From the human T2T-CHM13v2.0 reference genome, Homo sapiens: a stretch of DNA of 64,000 bases. Location of the stretch: the NCBI RefSeq assembly GCF_009914755.1, contig NC_060942.1. One strand, 5' to 3'. Shown in pieces: positions 29,691 through 43,060 of the stretch (position 1 is the first letter of the stretch; each line of letters opens with the position of its first letter). The translations under genes were made by a program, and so were the position numbers. Below the pieces are notes generated by a model, which worked only from the letters and a program-made list of their open reading frames with translations, did not search any database and was not told where the DNA came from.

Positions 29691-31277
29691 CAGTGAGTGG
29701 TGAGTCACCAAGCTGTGCACCTGGTGTACGTGAGTAACTATCAGAAAGACATAGTGCCTTTTTATTCTCAAGAAAGCATTTACCACTCTACCAGCCATGT
29801 ACCCACAGGGAGAAGCCATATTTTTCAATTCACACAAAGGGGTCAAAAACATACCAGTAACTAGTAAAGCAAATGATCTTGAAATTCCGCTAAGAACCTC
29901 CTACATGCTGAATCCCAACTGATCTTTAATTCAGTTTCTACAAAGCAACAGAAGCTACAATCTGAGAAATTTTAGATTTCCTGAAAATAGTTCCCAGACC
30001 CTAGATCCCACTGACACCAAATGAAATCAAGCCATGCAAGACAATTTTTACTTGGATTTCTTAAGGAGGGGATAAAGATTGGAACAGATCCACAAATAAA
30101 TGCTCAGAAACAAATGAAACAATGAGCTAAGAGACGTGGAGAAAGCCAGGCCTGCACCTACCAACCTGCATGTGCAATGGAGAGGCACAATGTTCTCATT
30201 ATGTACATCATATGGTTGCCCCATTTTCAGATGTCTTAATGGCCTAGGAAGATTATTCCATTAGGGTTTCCTTAATTATTTTCACAGTTACTGTTACCTT
30301 TGCACCTGGCCTCAGAGTAGTTTGAGAATAGTGTATGAATGATGCTGCGATGCATTAACTATAGCTGAGCAATTACACCATTCAACCAGAATACAAAGGT
30401 AATTCAAAGCAATGAATCCTTAGCTATGTATATGACAGAAGAATTGGTTCTTCTCTACGGTCTTTCAGTCAGCCAGTTAATACGCATGTAATACAGGTTA
30501 TTAGAAGTAGTTATTTTCAAGGGGAGTTAAAGAAGCTGGGACATGTTCCAAAGCTAGACATTGTTATTGATATAATTTTTTTTGTATTTCATTTAAAATA
30601 GTCAAATAATAAAAGTAAAATATGTGTAATTACCTAATTAACCTTGTGTGTGACATGTACTTATGACCCTTGCCTCATGTTTAAATCACACCTGTTCCTA
30701 ATCCCTGTCACCATCCCTCATACTATTCTTGAACCTCATACCATCCCTGAAAGTGATCATTGTTTATCCCAATCCTAGGCCACTTTCTATCTCAAACTGC
30801 CTCCCTAGGGTTTAATATTTGCTTTTAAGCCAAACTAAAATGTACCTGGAGTGAAAACAGAGGCTTCAAAATGCCATGTGATCAACATAGCCTGGTCCCT
30901 CTAGTTGTTTAAATACTGTTGGGAGATTAAGCCCATTAAAAATCTAACAAAGAAATCTTAACAAATATTGCCCTCACAGAGTTGTCAGAAGCTGATAAAT
31001 ATGACTAATATTAAACAAATGGATCTGTTAAGTGACCCAGGAGGTTGTCCCAGGAGGGACCCAGGAGGTGTGTGTATGCTTTCTCAAGTTTTATTTCTAA
31101 TTGAAGATGCCTTCTGAAATTTGTTGACACTGTTAAGATGAGAAACCCTAAATAAAGAAATCTTAGCATGGATTGTGATCAGTGTGATGTGGGAGAGTTT
31201 CTTATGTCAAGAAGGTTAGGTGCCCAAGTTTCCCGACAACAAATATTCTCAATAATCTATCTCACTCTTTCAGAATC

Positions 31278-31677
31278 TGTTAGTCCATTTTGCATTGTTA
31301 TAAAGAAATACCTGAGTCTGGGTAATTTATAAAGAAAAGAGCTGTATGTGGCCTAAAGTTTTGCAGACTGCACAAGAAGCATGACACCAGCATCTGCTTC
31401 TGGTTGGGCCTTAGAAAGTTTACAATCATAACAAAAGGTAGAGGGAGAGCCAGGAGTGTCACATGGCCAGAGGAAACAAGAGAGAGAGAGGGAAGGGGTG
31501 CCACGCTCTTTTTAACAACCAGATTTTATGGTAACTCATTACCATGGGGAGGGCATCAATCCATTCATGAGAGATCCATCCCCATAACCCAAACACTCCC
31601 AGTAGGCTCTACCTCCAACACTGGGGATCACATTTCAACATGAGATTTGGAAGGGCCAAAATATCCAAACTGTGTCA
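31278..31677 (-). mobile_element. MaLR solo LTR (MSTA/MSTB)
   Basis: tgttagtccattttgcattg...gggtaatttataaagaaaagag...cacatttcaacatgagatttgg...atccaaactgtgtca; perfect 5-bp TSD gaatc at 31273-31277 and 31678-31682. Confidence 0.92.
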
Positions 31678-33599
31678 GAATCCAAACATGGGCTGTTTGA
31701 TTACGTGGAAAATTGTCCAGGTTTCCTTATCGCTCATGAAACTCTTTTATATCCATCCTACAGAGAGATGACTCATGGCCCAGGTGAAATTCAGGTCCAA
31801 GCTCTGGAGAGTGTGTGGGGACTGGTGAAAAGACATGGTAAGATGAACACATGTGTAAGTGTAAGAGCATAAAGGGGCTTTGTTTCTATTGTTTGTTAGT
31901 GATTGTTTTGGATACTGTTTTAAATTTTTCAGTTTGGAAATTGAGTAGTAATAAAGTCTCCTTGGAGTAGAAAGTTAAGGAAGAGAAGAATAAAGTGGGA
32001 ATAGGTAGGTCAGAGGACAGAAGCCTGGGAGTTTTACTTTTTTTGATAAACAAAGGGAATTCAAGGAAAATTTTAGTAAGAGAGTCGTGTGATTAAAGTG
32101 GGTTTACGGAAACAAAACAGGATACTTGGACAGACTATGTGAATGTGGATGATGACACACAGCATATTTATGTAGCCTGCAGCTAGTATTTCTATAAAAT
32201 TATTTTGTGATCTCATAAAATCTCAGTAGTAACAATAACATATTATTTGAATCCTCAATGGGCTAAAAGTTTCACGATTCCATCCACATGCTGATTACAT
32301 GAAACCTTGGTAATATACCCATAGCCAATATATCCTAAAGTCTAGATTGATTTATAACCTTGCAATCTTTTTGTACCCATTTAATATCTTTTATATAAAA
32401 TCAGACATCCTGTGTTGTCTCTGATGCTGTATCTAAAGAGTTGAAAGAAGAGGAGTTTAGGCCACAGGAGTCTTTTTGGAGAGAGAATATAATGCAAGAG
32501 ATCAGTAAAGCAATAAAAGGGTCTGACTGTCCCATTCCTAGTATATGAAATTCAGTTAAAAATATAACACCAAGATTTTTTAATAAAAGGATAGAAGCTT
32601 GTGGCTCCTGTCATTGAAGGTTCTAGTGCCAGATGAATCTTTTCAATTTAGATCTTGGGTAGGAGGAGGGATATGGGGGAAAAATGAATAAATCTATAAA
32701 ATTTGACAAGTGACAGATCTTTGCCTGGTTAACTGGCTATGCAAAGATTTTAGTAAATTCTTCTGTCATTCCCAATTTATCTTATTCATGAGAATGTTAT
32801 AATATTCAAATGACACAATGGAAGGTAATCCTATATTTGCTTTGCAGAACATTTTAAGACGTGCAGTCAGAGTATATAATGTAGTCCTGGTTTCACCACT
32901 TTGCAAAGACAAAGTTGTATAATAAACTCCAAATCAGGGGAGAAAAACATATGGTATTATTTTCATTGTTTCAGAATATAGTAACACTGATAACACAATA
33001 GTCCATAGACTTAGAGCTGTTTTCAGCCAAAATACCTAAAATGTATGAATTGCTGCAACCTCTTGGCCCCCTTACTCTCTTCGTGTTGGCAACCCTATCT
33101 CTATCTGCCTTTTTTTCGTTTGTCTCTGTGCCTGCTATTTTTGTCTCCCTCTGCCTTCTCTGTGTCTTTCTTTGTGTTGGTTTCCCTCTTCTCCAGTTCA
33201 TCTCCTTCTCCACATTCCGACCTCAATAGACACTTCCCCGTTTGCTGTCCTATGTCTTCATACTTTTCCTAACATGAAAAAGGAAAATGCAAGCCTTTGC
33301 TTGGATGTTTAGTTTGCATTTCCTTCTAATGTACTTTCCGAAAACTCCGAACAAAATCAAGAATTTCAATCCAAACTCAAGGGAAAAATTGCAATAAAGT
33401 GGTACAAATTAGAACAGAGATGAGAAAAAGAAATATTGTCAAGTTCTTGGAATATTTTAAAATATTATTACTGTAGGGAATGGATGAAGAAACTGGTTTT
33501 AAGCAACTGATGCAATTTTGATCAATAATTGAAGTTGAATAATTCTAAAAAAGACTATTAGCTCACAGATTGAGGTGCTCACTATGGGATCAGAGAGGC

Positions 33600-33815
33600 C
33601 TCAAATTATGGATCAGAGGGACTTCGCTTCAACCCTCCCCTGTTATTTCTGGCTATAGGTCCTGAAGACTTATTTATCATCTCTAAGTCTTGGTTTACTT
33701 AACAAAACAAAATAGAAAATAATACTAGGGTAGCTGAATTAAGATAATTTAAGTAAAGTGCTTAGCACCACTCTGAAACGTAATATATGTTCAAACATGT
33801 TAGTCATTATCATCA
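33600..33815 (+). mobile_element. MIR fragment
   Basis: ctctaagtcttggtttac...aagtaaagtgcttagcac...ttagtcattat. Confidence 0.55.
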
Positions 33816-33949
33816 ACATTATGGTTTTTCTTATTTTTATTGGGTACAAGAATAACAATTTCCACGTTAAATATTTACTCTCATAAAGACAATTATCCAT
33901 TTAGAGCTCTGTGTTCTCTTCTTTCATGAAAGTTTAGCAAGTTCTTATT

Positions 33950-35410
33950 TTGATTTAATTTTTATTTGTATAAAACATATATGTACAAAGTTTAATAATC
34001 AGAGTATATACGTACAAAGTTTAATAAGCAAGGTTTCTCAAAAATTGTGAAGAAAATAACAGTGTTTAGCCTTATCCATTTGCACTCTAAATTCTCATTT
34101 CCAGAAGTAATTATCTTTATTTTCCAATGTTACATTTTTTTCTGAATATTCTTCCCTCCCTATGCCTAAATAACGTGTTTATTCTATTTTTTTCAGGTTT
34201 TATTGTTATCTGTTTAGTTCCTGCTGCGGAAGATGAGACTCTCGCTCTCTTTGTCATTTCCCCACATGCACAGAAACACACATATTTCTACTTTTCTCAT
34301 CCTCTCAACAGGCTATCATAACTTTGGTTAAATCAATAGTCAGTGTTTGTATATTATTATTGGATAAATATTACTTACAGTGGAACCCATTTTGTGTATG
34401 ATTAGATATTCTTTCTTGTAGAACTTTATGTTTATCCAGGAGTTAATACTTATCTGATTATTTTCAGTTGCTTAATGTCCTATACACCTGTTATTAATTT
34501 ATGCTGAACTCTCCAACAGAAACTGAAATCTTGTCTTACTATGTTTAAACACATTGGGTATTCTACAAGTTTCTTTTCTTATTTATGTATAATTCTCCTA
34601 GGGCTTTCCATCTACCTGCTCTAGTCTAAACTGGTTGTTCTCTAGGCCAGTGGCAATGTTATCATCCTGATATTCTCCTTCACCATCAGCCTGGGAGTTC
34701 TGTTGGTTTTTCTCCTGTATGGAATCCTCTATTTCCTGTTATTTTTAAAAACTTGGTGTCAACCCTAATTTTCATGGGTATATTTATGCAATAACTTTTC
34801 AGAAAAAGATACAAAAAAAGCAACATTTTTTTTCCTGTGATTTTGCTTACTTGAAAATATCTTTATTCCATGGGTCAGCCAACTATAGGCTGTAGGCTAA
34901 AATCCTCCCATTTTAGTGAATAAGGTTTTATTAGAATACAGCCACATCCATTTGTTTACTTATTATATATTATGCCACAATGGAAGATTTGAGAAATTGC
35001 AATAAAGAACATTTAGATGATAAAATCTACAACATTTATTATCTGGACCTTTACGAAGCAAATATTTGCTAACACTTGCTTTATTCTATGTTCACACAAA
35101 ATTGTTAATTTTGCTAGATATAGAATTTTAAAGGGCTTTTTTTTTATCTTCTAGCTTCCAGAGTGAATGTTTAATAGCCTTACAACATTCTGATTCCTAA
35201 TCCTTTATATAAAAACTGTTATTTTGTTTGTTTTTGGAAGCTTCTGAAACCTTCTCCTTGTTCTTGGTATGAACACTTGTTTTTCTAATGCAATAAACAC
35301 ATGATGAACCCACTCAACATAAAATCAAACAGTGTATGTGATAATTTTTTATCTTCCATTATTTTTCTCTTTTTCTGAACCAAATAGTCAAAGTATAGGT
35401 CTCCCAGACT
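33950..35410 (-). mobile_element. very old L1ME-type fragment, interrupted by MER58A
   Basis: T-rich strand; ttacttgaaaatatctttattc...ttgctagatatagaatttta...cttctagcttccag are typical of antisense old L1. Confidence 0.55.
34869..35078. mobile_element. MER58A hAT-Charlie MITE
   Basis: catgggtcagccaact...aataaggttttattagaatacagccac...atctggacctttac...tttgctaacacttg; perfect 8-bp TSD ctttattc at 34861-34868 and 35079-35086. Confidence 0.88.
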
Positions 35411-37210
35411 AAATTAAAATCTTTTTAAGTCACATAAAAGCTGAAATAATTTATCACCAACAGACCTTTATTATAAGCAATGTTAAGAAAACTTACCCAG
35501 AAGGAGGGAAAATGATGTCAAACAGAAATACTAATCTCTAAATAGGAATGAATAGCATCAGAAATCTAACTACATAAATCAATATGCAAAATTTTTTCTT
35601 AATATTTAAATCATTTTATAAGATAGAATGAAGTTTGTTGTACAAACAAAAATAACAATAATGTAAAATAAAGCATAATGCATAACCCTAGTACCAAAAC
35701 TGAGAGGTTTATAACAATATAAAGTCCATGACCATAACACAGAAACTGAGATGTGAGAAACACAGGTATATTATTGAAACATTCTAGTACTATTTGTGAA
35801 TTGTAAAATACCATTTGAAGAGCATCTGTGATAGATTAAAATATATTCTCTGAAAACTAGCACAACCACCAAAATAACAGAACAAAGAATAATAAATAAC
35901 AAGCCAACAATGACAATAAAGTAAATCATCTTTACATAATGGAAAAGAAGTCAGACAAAGAGGAAAAGGAAAGAAAGAACACATGGGACAAATAGAACGC
36001 AAAAAGCAAAATTAGAGATCAATAATCATATTACATGTAAATGTTCTAAACACACAAATTGGAAGTCAGAGATTGTGATTAGATTTAAAAGAAAGAAGGA
36101 AAGACTCATCTATATGCTGCTTGTAAGTGTATTCTAAATAAAAGAAGGAAATAGGTTAAAAGTAAAAGGATGGGATAAGATATACAAACTAACACTATTA
36201 AAAAATACTCTAGAGTAGTTATATTTACATAAAATAAATTAGATTTTAGGGCAAAGAGTATTACTAGGGTTTAATATCATATTTATAATGACAGAGTTAA
36301 GTCATCAAAAAAATAACAATTGTAAATATTTATGTAACTAAAAACAGAGCTTAGAAAATTCATGGAGCAGAACTAATACAATCACAAGGAGAAATATAAA
36401 AATCTCCATATAATTAGAAATTTTAATACCTCTCTGTCCTGATTGGTAAAACAAGTGGACAGAAAACCAGTAAGTATATAGAACAGCACAGTCAATCCAC
36501 CTGACCAAATGATATTTATAAGACACTCTACTGAACAACAGAAGAATAAGCATTATTTTCCAGTGCACATGGAACATTTACTAAGATGTATATTATTCTA
36601 ATCTTAATACATTTAAAAGGATTTAAGTCACACACAAAAATGTTCTCAGATTACAATGAAATTAAATTAGAATTAAATAACAGAATGATATCTGGAAAAT
36701 CTTTTCAAATACTTGAAAACTAATTAATATACATCTAAATAACCTATGTATCAGAGAAAAAATCAAAGGGGAAATGAGGAAGTATTTTGAATTGAATGAA
36801 AATAGAAAGACATGGAATTTGTATAATGCCAGTAAAGCAGTACTTAGGGGAAAATTTGTAGCACTACACGCCTACATGAGAAAAGAGAAAAACATCAGAT
36901 CAATGATCTCATCCCCCTCCTTAAAAAAAGCAGAAAAAGAAGTAAAAATAAATGCAGATTAAAAAGAATAAAGGAAATAATAAAGATCAGAGCAGAAAGC
37001 AGTGAAAGAGAAAAACTAGAGAAATAAATGAAACTAAAAACTATTGTGTGTGTGTATTTTGAGATATATAAAAACTTATAACTTTGTCCAGATTCAACAG
37101 GAAAAAGTACAGGCAAACTATTACAAATACCAGGAATGATAGAAGTGATTTCACAAGAGTTTGTATAGATACCAAAATCTGACAAAGAGATTGCATGAAA
37201 GAATACTATA

Positions 37211-37212
<2 letters not shown>

Positions 37213-37250
<38 letters not shown>
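37213..37250 (+). repeat. (CA)n microsatellite
   Basis: ~19 uninterrupted CA units. Confidence 0.97.
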
Positions 37251-37252
<2 letters not shown>

Positions 37253-37330
37253 TAGGATCATAGGGTTATCGCTAAACACAATTTCAGCAAATAAAATTCA
37301 TCTCTCTCTTTGTCTCTCTCACACACACAT

Positions 37331-37629
37331 TTGTTTAGTGTTAAAACAAATTTGGAATTCCTGAAATAACCCTCATTTGGCTATGATAATATTGTGTGTT
37401 TGTGTGTATATGGTGTGTATACACATACCATATTTATATATATAATATAGATACACACACCATATATATATACACACGTACGCATATATATGTAGTACTA
37501 TACTACATATAGCATACTGTAAGTTATATACACACACCATACACACACACACGTACACACATACACAATATTATCATGACCAAGTGGGGTTTATTTCAGA
37601 AATTCCACATTTGTTTTAGCACCAAAGAA
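37331..37629. repeat. inverted repeat with ~70-bp arms around a TA/CA low-complexity spacer
   Basis: 37331-37399 aligns to the reverse complement of 37561-37629 at 58/69 identities by manual alignment. Confidence 0.9.
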
Positions 37630-38456
37630 TCAATTACTGTAATCCACCATATTAAGAAAATAAGAAAAATAACATGATCATATGAGTAGCCACCGAAAAA
37701 AGCATGTGGCAAAATCTATTTCTGATTAAAACTGTCAGCAAACTAGGAATAGAATGGAATTTCCTGAAGCTAATAAAAAACATCTACTATAAGCCTACAG
37801 CTAACACGATAGTGGTAAAAGACTAAATACTTCTCCCTAAGATTAGGAATATGATAAGGAAGTTCCCTCTCACCACCTTTATTCAACATTATACTGAAGG
37901 TTCTAGCTAGTTTAATACAGCAAGAATAAGGTATGAAAGACATCCAGATTGACACGGAAGACATAAAACTGTTTTTATTTGCACACAACATTATCATTTA
38001 CATAGAAACTTCAGTGATATCTCAAAAGAGCAACTAGAATAAGTGAGTTTAGCAATGTTGAATGATACAACATCAATATGTACAAATCAATTGTGTTTTC
38101 ATGTACTAGTTACAAACCATCAACATTGAAATATAAAGCAATAACATTTATTATAACATAAAATATGAATACTTAGAAATAAAGCTGACAAAACATGTAT
38201 GCTGAAAATTAAAAAAAAATTACTAAGAGAAATTAACCTAAATAAGTGGAAATATATACCATGTTTATGGGTCAGATGAATGAATAATATTAGGATGTAA
38301 ATTTTCCTAAAATTGTTCTATAGATTCAATGCAATCCCAATCAAAATCCCAGCAGGGATTTTTAGAAAATAGAAAGCTGATCTAAAATTCATGTAGAAAT
38401 GCAAAAGACCTAGAATGCCCAAAAAAACTTTTAAAAGAAGACTTAACTTAGAGGAC

Positions 38457-38574
38457 TAACATTTCTTGATTTTAAAACATGTTATAAAGCCACAATAATC
38501 AAGACAGTGGGGTTTTAACGTTTCTTAACTTTAAAACATGTTATAAAACCACAATAGTCAAGACAGTGGGGTTT
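38457..38574 (+). repeat. 59-bp tandem duplication within the L1
   Basis: taac(a/g)tttctt(g/a)a(t/c)tttaaaacatgttataaa(g/a)ccacaata(a/g)tcaagacagtggggttt x2, 5 mismatches. Confidence 0.93.
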
Positions 38575-40689
38575 TGGCAACAACAGAGCTAAATAGTCCA
38601 AAGGAACACAGCCTAAAATTCAAACTTCACATATCTATAAAAGGAACTTTTTGACAAAGGTGCAAAGATCATACTTTAGAAAGAGATTGTCTTTTCAACA
38701 AATCAGGGTGGAACAAATGGATATTTATATGCAAAAATAAAATGATGTACTTGGATCCATAACTCTAATTAGCTAAAAATGTATTATAAACTTAAATGTG
38801 CAACTTAAAGTTTTAAAACTTCCTGAAGTAAACACAGAAAAAAGCCTTTGTGATCCTGGCTTACGGGACAGTTTCTTAAACATGACAGCAAAAGCACAAT
38901 CAGGAAAAGTTAATAAATTCAACTTCATCAAAGTTAAAAACTTTTGCTGTTTTAAAAACTGGGAGAAAATATTTTTAAATCTTATCCCTGATAAAGGCTC
39001 ATACCGAAAATATATACAGAACTCTGAAAAAATTGTAAGAAGAAAACAAAAAATGTTATTTTTTAAAATAAACAAAATATTTAAGGAGGTACTTCAAAAA
39101 AGATATGCGGATGATAAATAAACACATGAAAAATGCTCTGCATCATTAGTTATTATGAAAATAAAATTTTTTAATGTATTTCTACATGCTTATTAGAAAT
39201 GCTAATATTAAAAGGACTTATCATTTCCAGTGTTGTATGGATATGGAGCAAGTAGAACTCTCATACACCATCGGTAGAAGTCTAAAATGGTATTACCACC
39301 TTAAAAAATAATTTAGTATTTTCTGAAGAGTTAAACATACATCTACCATTTAGTTTAGCCATTCTGCCTCTTGGTATTTATGCTAGGAAAAATAAAAGCA
39401 TATGTCCATACAAAGATTTGTACATCAATCTTCACAAAAGCTCTATTTTTAAGAGCCCAAAATGTGAAACAACCCAAATATCCATCAACAGGTGATTGGA
39501 TAAAAAAATTGTGGTATAGCTATATTATAAAATACCATTCCACAATAAAAATGAGTAAACAATTGATAAATACAACACCTACATAAATAGCAGCATAATT
39601 ATACCGACTGAAGGAAGTTAGATGAGGAAGAGTTCCTACTATATAATTCTATTTAGATAAAACTCTAAAAATTAAAAAGTAATTAATAGTGAAAAAAAAA
39701 CAGACCAGTGATTGCTTGGGAATGATATGAGCGTAGAGGAGAAGAATTATAAAAGGGCATGAGGAAACTTTTAAGGGTGATAGATATGTTTCTTATCGTG
39801 ATTGAGGTGATAGTTTAATGGATTCATACAAATGCCAAACTGCATACTTGAAATATGTGCAGGTTTATTGTATGTCAATTGTATAAAGCTGTCAGTCTAA
39901 ACAAAATACAAAAAATCTATGTAGTGAAATGTTACCCTCCTATCTTTTTCTCTTAGCAACCGTTCCTTTCTCCTGAAGTAACCATTATTACCAGTTTCTC
40001 AATGTTTCTTTGTATCTGTTTCTTCTCTGTTTTGGTCTCTTTTATTTTAAGATCTTCAAATGTCAAGTGATTCCTAATCATTTGTTCATATTGAAAGTCC
40101 AGCAGACATAGACACAGTTTGAGAAATGGTGAAATTTTCTTTAGGCTATTTGGTCAGAGATACTGTTTTTATTTGTTTGTTTTTGTTTTTTTAGTAAATC
40201 TCAGCTTTTTCTTATGAGAAATCCCATTGTCTTTGGCTGGTGAGTATATCTAGAAAGCAACACTCAAATCTTACATCTGTAGTGTGCAGGGATAGCTGTC
40301 AATGGCTTTGTAGAAAACATGTAGATGTTATTGTTCATGGCAAGGTAATATGTTCCAGAGTATTCTGCAAATAAGGCAATGGGACACAGGAAATATGTAG
40401 CTTATAAAGTTTTTTAGGCAATTTGACAATGCTTAACATCCTATATCAAAAAAGTTACTATGACTTAAAAATATGAAAATTATACATTAAATTGGTCATA
40501 TCAATGCTTTCAAACTAACTACCTTAGAAACACAGACTCTTAATCCAAAGGGCGGGTATTAGAAAAATTTCTGAAGCTCCTTTTGGACTTGCATTTGGAC
40601 CAAAAAATACTTCTTAGGAATATTCTTAATGCCCTAAAAATGACTCGTTTTGAGAAACAGGAAAAGGAGAATTAGACGAACATGAACAT

Positions 40690-40950
40690 GATCAAGCTGA
40701 GACTACAACTGTGACCTCGAAACAGGTGTCCTTTGAAAGTACTGGTAATTAAACACCGGTTCTGAAGAAAATTTTAAAAGAGAAATTTCAAATGCCTGTT
40801 GAATGTTGACAACCTCATTAGAATAGATATATCTACTCCCAGGATGACTACTTTGAAAGACAGCTCTCACTCAGATGTATAAATTTACATGTGCCAGCAT
40901 GGGTGGGAGTAATTAGGAGGTTCAATTTATTTCTTTACAGATATACTTTG
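40690..40950 (+). mobile_element. MARNA-like TcMar-mariner fossil
   Basis: tcccaggatgactactttgaaagacagctctcactcagatgtataa matches the recalled MARNA 3' end (mariner GDYFE C-terminal motif). Confidence 0.65.
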
Positions 40951-41719
40951 GATAAGTATATCAGGTGAGGTCAAGAAAGTTGCCCATTACTCACCTGCAA
41001 AAGCCTATTAAGCTGGACTACCTCCTGAAGATGTGTGGCCGATGACAGCAGAAGACAAGAAGGCTACAGTTTTGATAAATACCCCAAGGGTCTGCAAAAT
41101 GGCAGTGCTGGGAGGCATGTGCCAAATCATGTTTGGCTTTGGCCCTATAACTTGTGAGTCTGTCAAGGACTCATCAGGTCAATTGGTGGAAAATGGATTA
41201 CTGTCATTCTTCAAGGCACGGCACATCATTCCCCATTGATTGGCATGCCAAATCCTTCACAAAGTAATGAGTCAGGACGATTCAAATCATCATCCAACTG
41301 TCAGCTTGATTGCATAGCCCTCTATCAATGGGATTAAACTGGTGTGGCATCCAAAATGTAATGAAATGCATTACTTTACTTGAAAAGTTGACAAGAAGAC
41401 AGGGATGCTGGACCCAGGAGGCCTAGGCATACGGAAAAAAATAATAATCATAAAAGTGGGGGAGTGAATTGATAGATAATAAAAATATTTTTTTTCAGCC
41501 TCACAGGAGATGCTGTGACTAAAGGGAATTACTTTTCTCTTCAACGAGTGTTTAAACTGAAAGGACATTGTAGAAAGGACATTGTAGAAATCATCTAGTT
41601 GGTGCGTTTTCTTTAACAACAACAAAAAACAAACTCAAGTAAAGTGAGTCACTAATGTTAGTTAATGTGAAGAGAATGGGGATACAATAGAAATCATGTT
41701 CTTTGGAGGAAAAAAAAAT

Positions 41720-41950
41720 AACGTGGTTTTCGATCCTGATTCTTCAACCTACTAATTGTGTCATCATGGGAAAATTCCTTAGCCTTTGTCTCCTCACCTT
41801 CAAAATGGGGATAATTATACTACATATATCACATACATCAATATCCATTGATAAATGCCAATCACATATATCATATTACATGTATATAATATATTTCATA
41901 TATATCACAGTTAAGGAAGGATTAGGGGAACAAAACTATATGTAAAATAA
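41720..41950 (+). mobile_element. MIR fragment with AT-rich insert
   Basis: ctactaattgtgtcatcatggg...ctcctcaccttcaaaatggggataat. Confidence 0.6.
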
Positions 41951-42050
41951 CTCTTACATAGCAGCTATGTTCCTTACTAAAATTGAGACAATTAGGATAT
42001 CATATCAGTGTTTGCCAAGAAAAAATGCTGCTGTGTGCTTAGTATGTAGC

Positions 42051-42083
42051 ATACACACACACACACACACACACATACACACA
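42051..42083 (+). repeat. (CA)n microsatellite
   Basis: Visible directly. Confidence 0.9.
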
Positions 42084-42864
42084 AATCTACTGTAAAGACT
42101 CAAGCTGAATTTCTTATTTTTCTTCGGCCTTAGTGATCCCCATCACTTTATCTCAGAAAAAGGACCATCCCCTGGACAAACATAACTCGCTAACGTTACT
42201 TTGGTTAATGCAGTTTAGGGAAATCATAAATCTTGCTAAGGTCATATACCCAGTAAGGGGTAGGGTTTTATTGGTGTGGCTCCAAAGCCATGGGCTGTTT
42301 TGCTCCTTGTGGTGATAATGTTTCCGGTTCTTCAGCAGCAGAGAATATTCTTCCAGTTTTTTTTTTTTTTTTAGCTGTAGCACTGGTAGCATGCTGGATC
42401 AAATATATAGTGCTGTCTTCTTACAGTGGGTTGTGTTGCAAGAGGGTTGCCTTGCATATAGTCACTTAGGTGATTAAGTGAAACTTGTCCACACATTGCT
42501 CCAACAACATTTGTTAAGGTACATTAAACTTATTAAAATTACATTATTTTAGATTTTAGAAAAAAATTGTTTTGGGGTAGGGTTTATGACTTCTCCATCT
42601 TTATTAGCTAAAGGAATTATTTGACAACATAAAAAACTAAGTATTTGAGAAATTGTTGGGATATCGGGTCCTGAAAAGGGAGGTATCATTTTAGGGACAA
42701 AATCTCTTCCCAGTGTGGAGGCATCAAGATCAGGGTTGAAGATGTGATTCTAAGTGAACTATATTTAGACATCTATTTCATTGTTAGAAGTTTCACTATA
42801 TTTTCTGCCAGATTCTTTACATATGGATTCTGTGCAAAGTTATGGAAATTGTATATTTAGAGTG

Positions 42865-43060
42865 GCACTGACAATTCATGGTGCATACTAAGAAGGGAAA
42901 GTGGCCTTTGATCAAGCAAGTTGAAAAAATATTGCACACTATATCCCTTATAGCCCCAAAACTTACTAACATATTCAAGGGTCTAAGAAGTCTTGTTGTG
43001 AAGAAACCTGTTTAACTTTATCTCTCCAGCATTTTGACAGCTTCTTTGACAAAAGAAGTT
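42865..43060. mobile_element. MER103-like hAT-Charlie fragment
   Basis: ttgcacactatatccc...aagggtctaagaagtcttgttgtgaagaaacctgtttaacttt...cagcattt. Confidence 0.6.

Larger units (their letters stand above)
35420..39900 (+). mobile_element. ~4.5-kb L1M (L1MD/ME-type): degenerate ORF2 and 3' UTR
   Basis: ORF 36774 RKYFELNEN..WNLYNASKAVLRGKFVALHAY and ORF 38798 LKVLKLPEVNTEKSLCDPGLRDSFLNMTAKAQ..KFNFIKVKNFC are L1 ORF2 relics; 3' UTR gaggaaacttttaagggtgatagatatgtt... Confidence 0.92.

Noticed and set aside
31034-31070. Three cccaggagg copies
   Set aside because: Too short and irregular; simple local slippage.
36774-39586. ORFs with L1 ORF2 similarity
   Set aside because: Fragments of a heavily frameshifted, dead L1; no intact endonuclease or RT.
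41560-41590. 14-bp direct duplication aaaggacattgtag
   Set aside because: Common micro-duplication with no inserted element between the copies.
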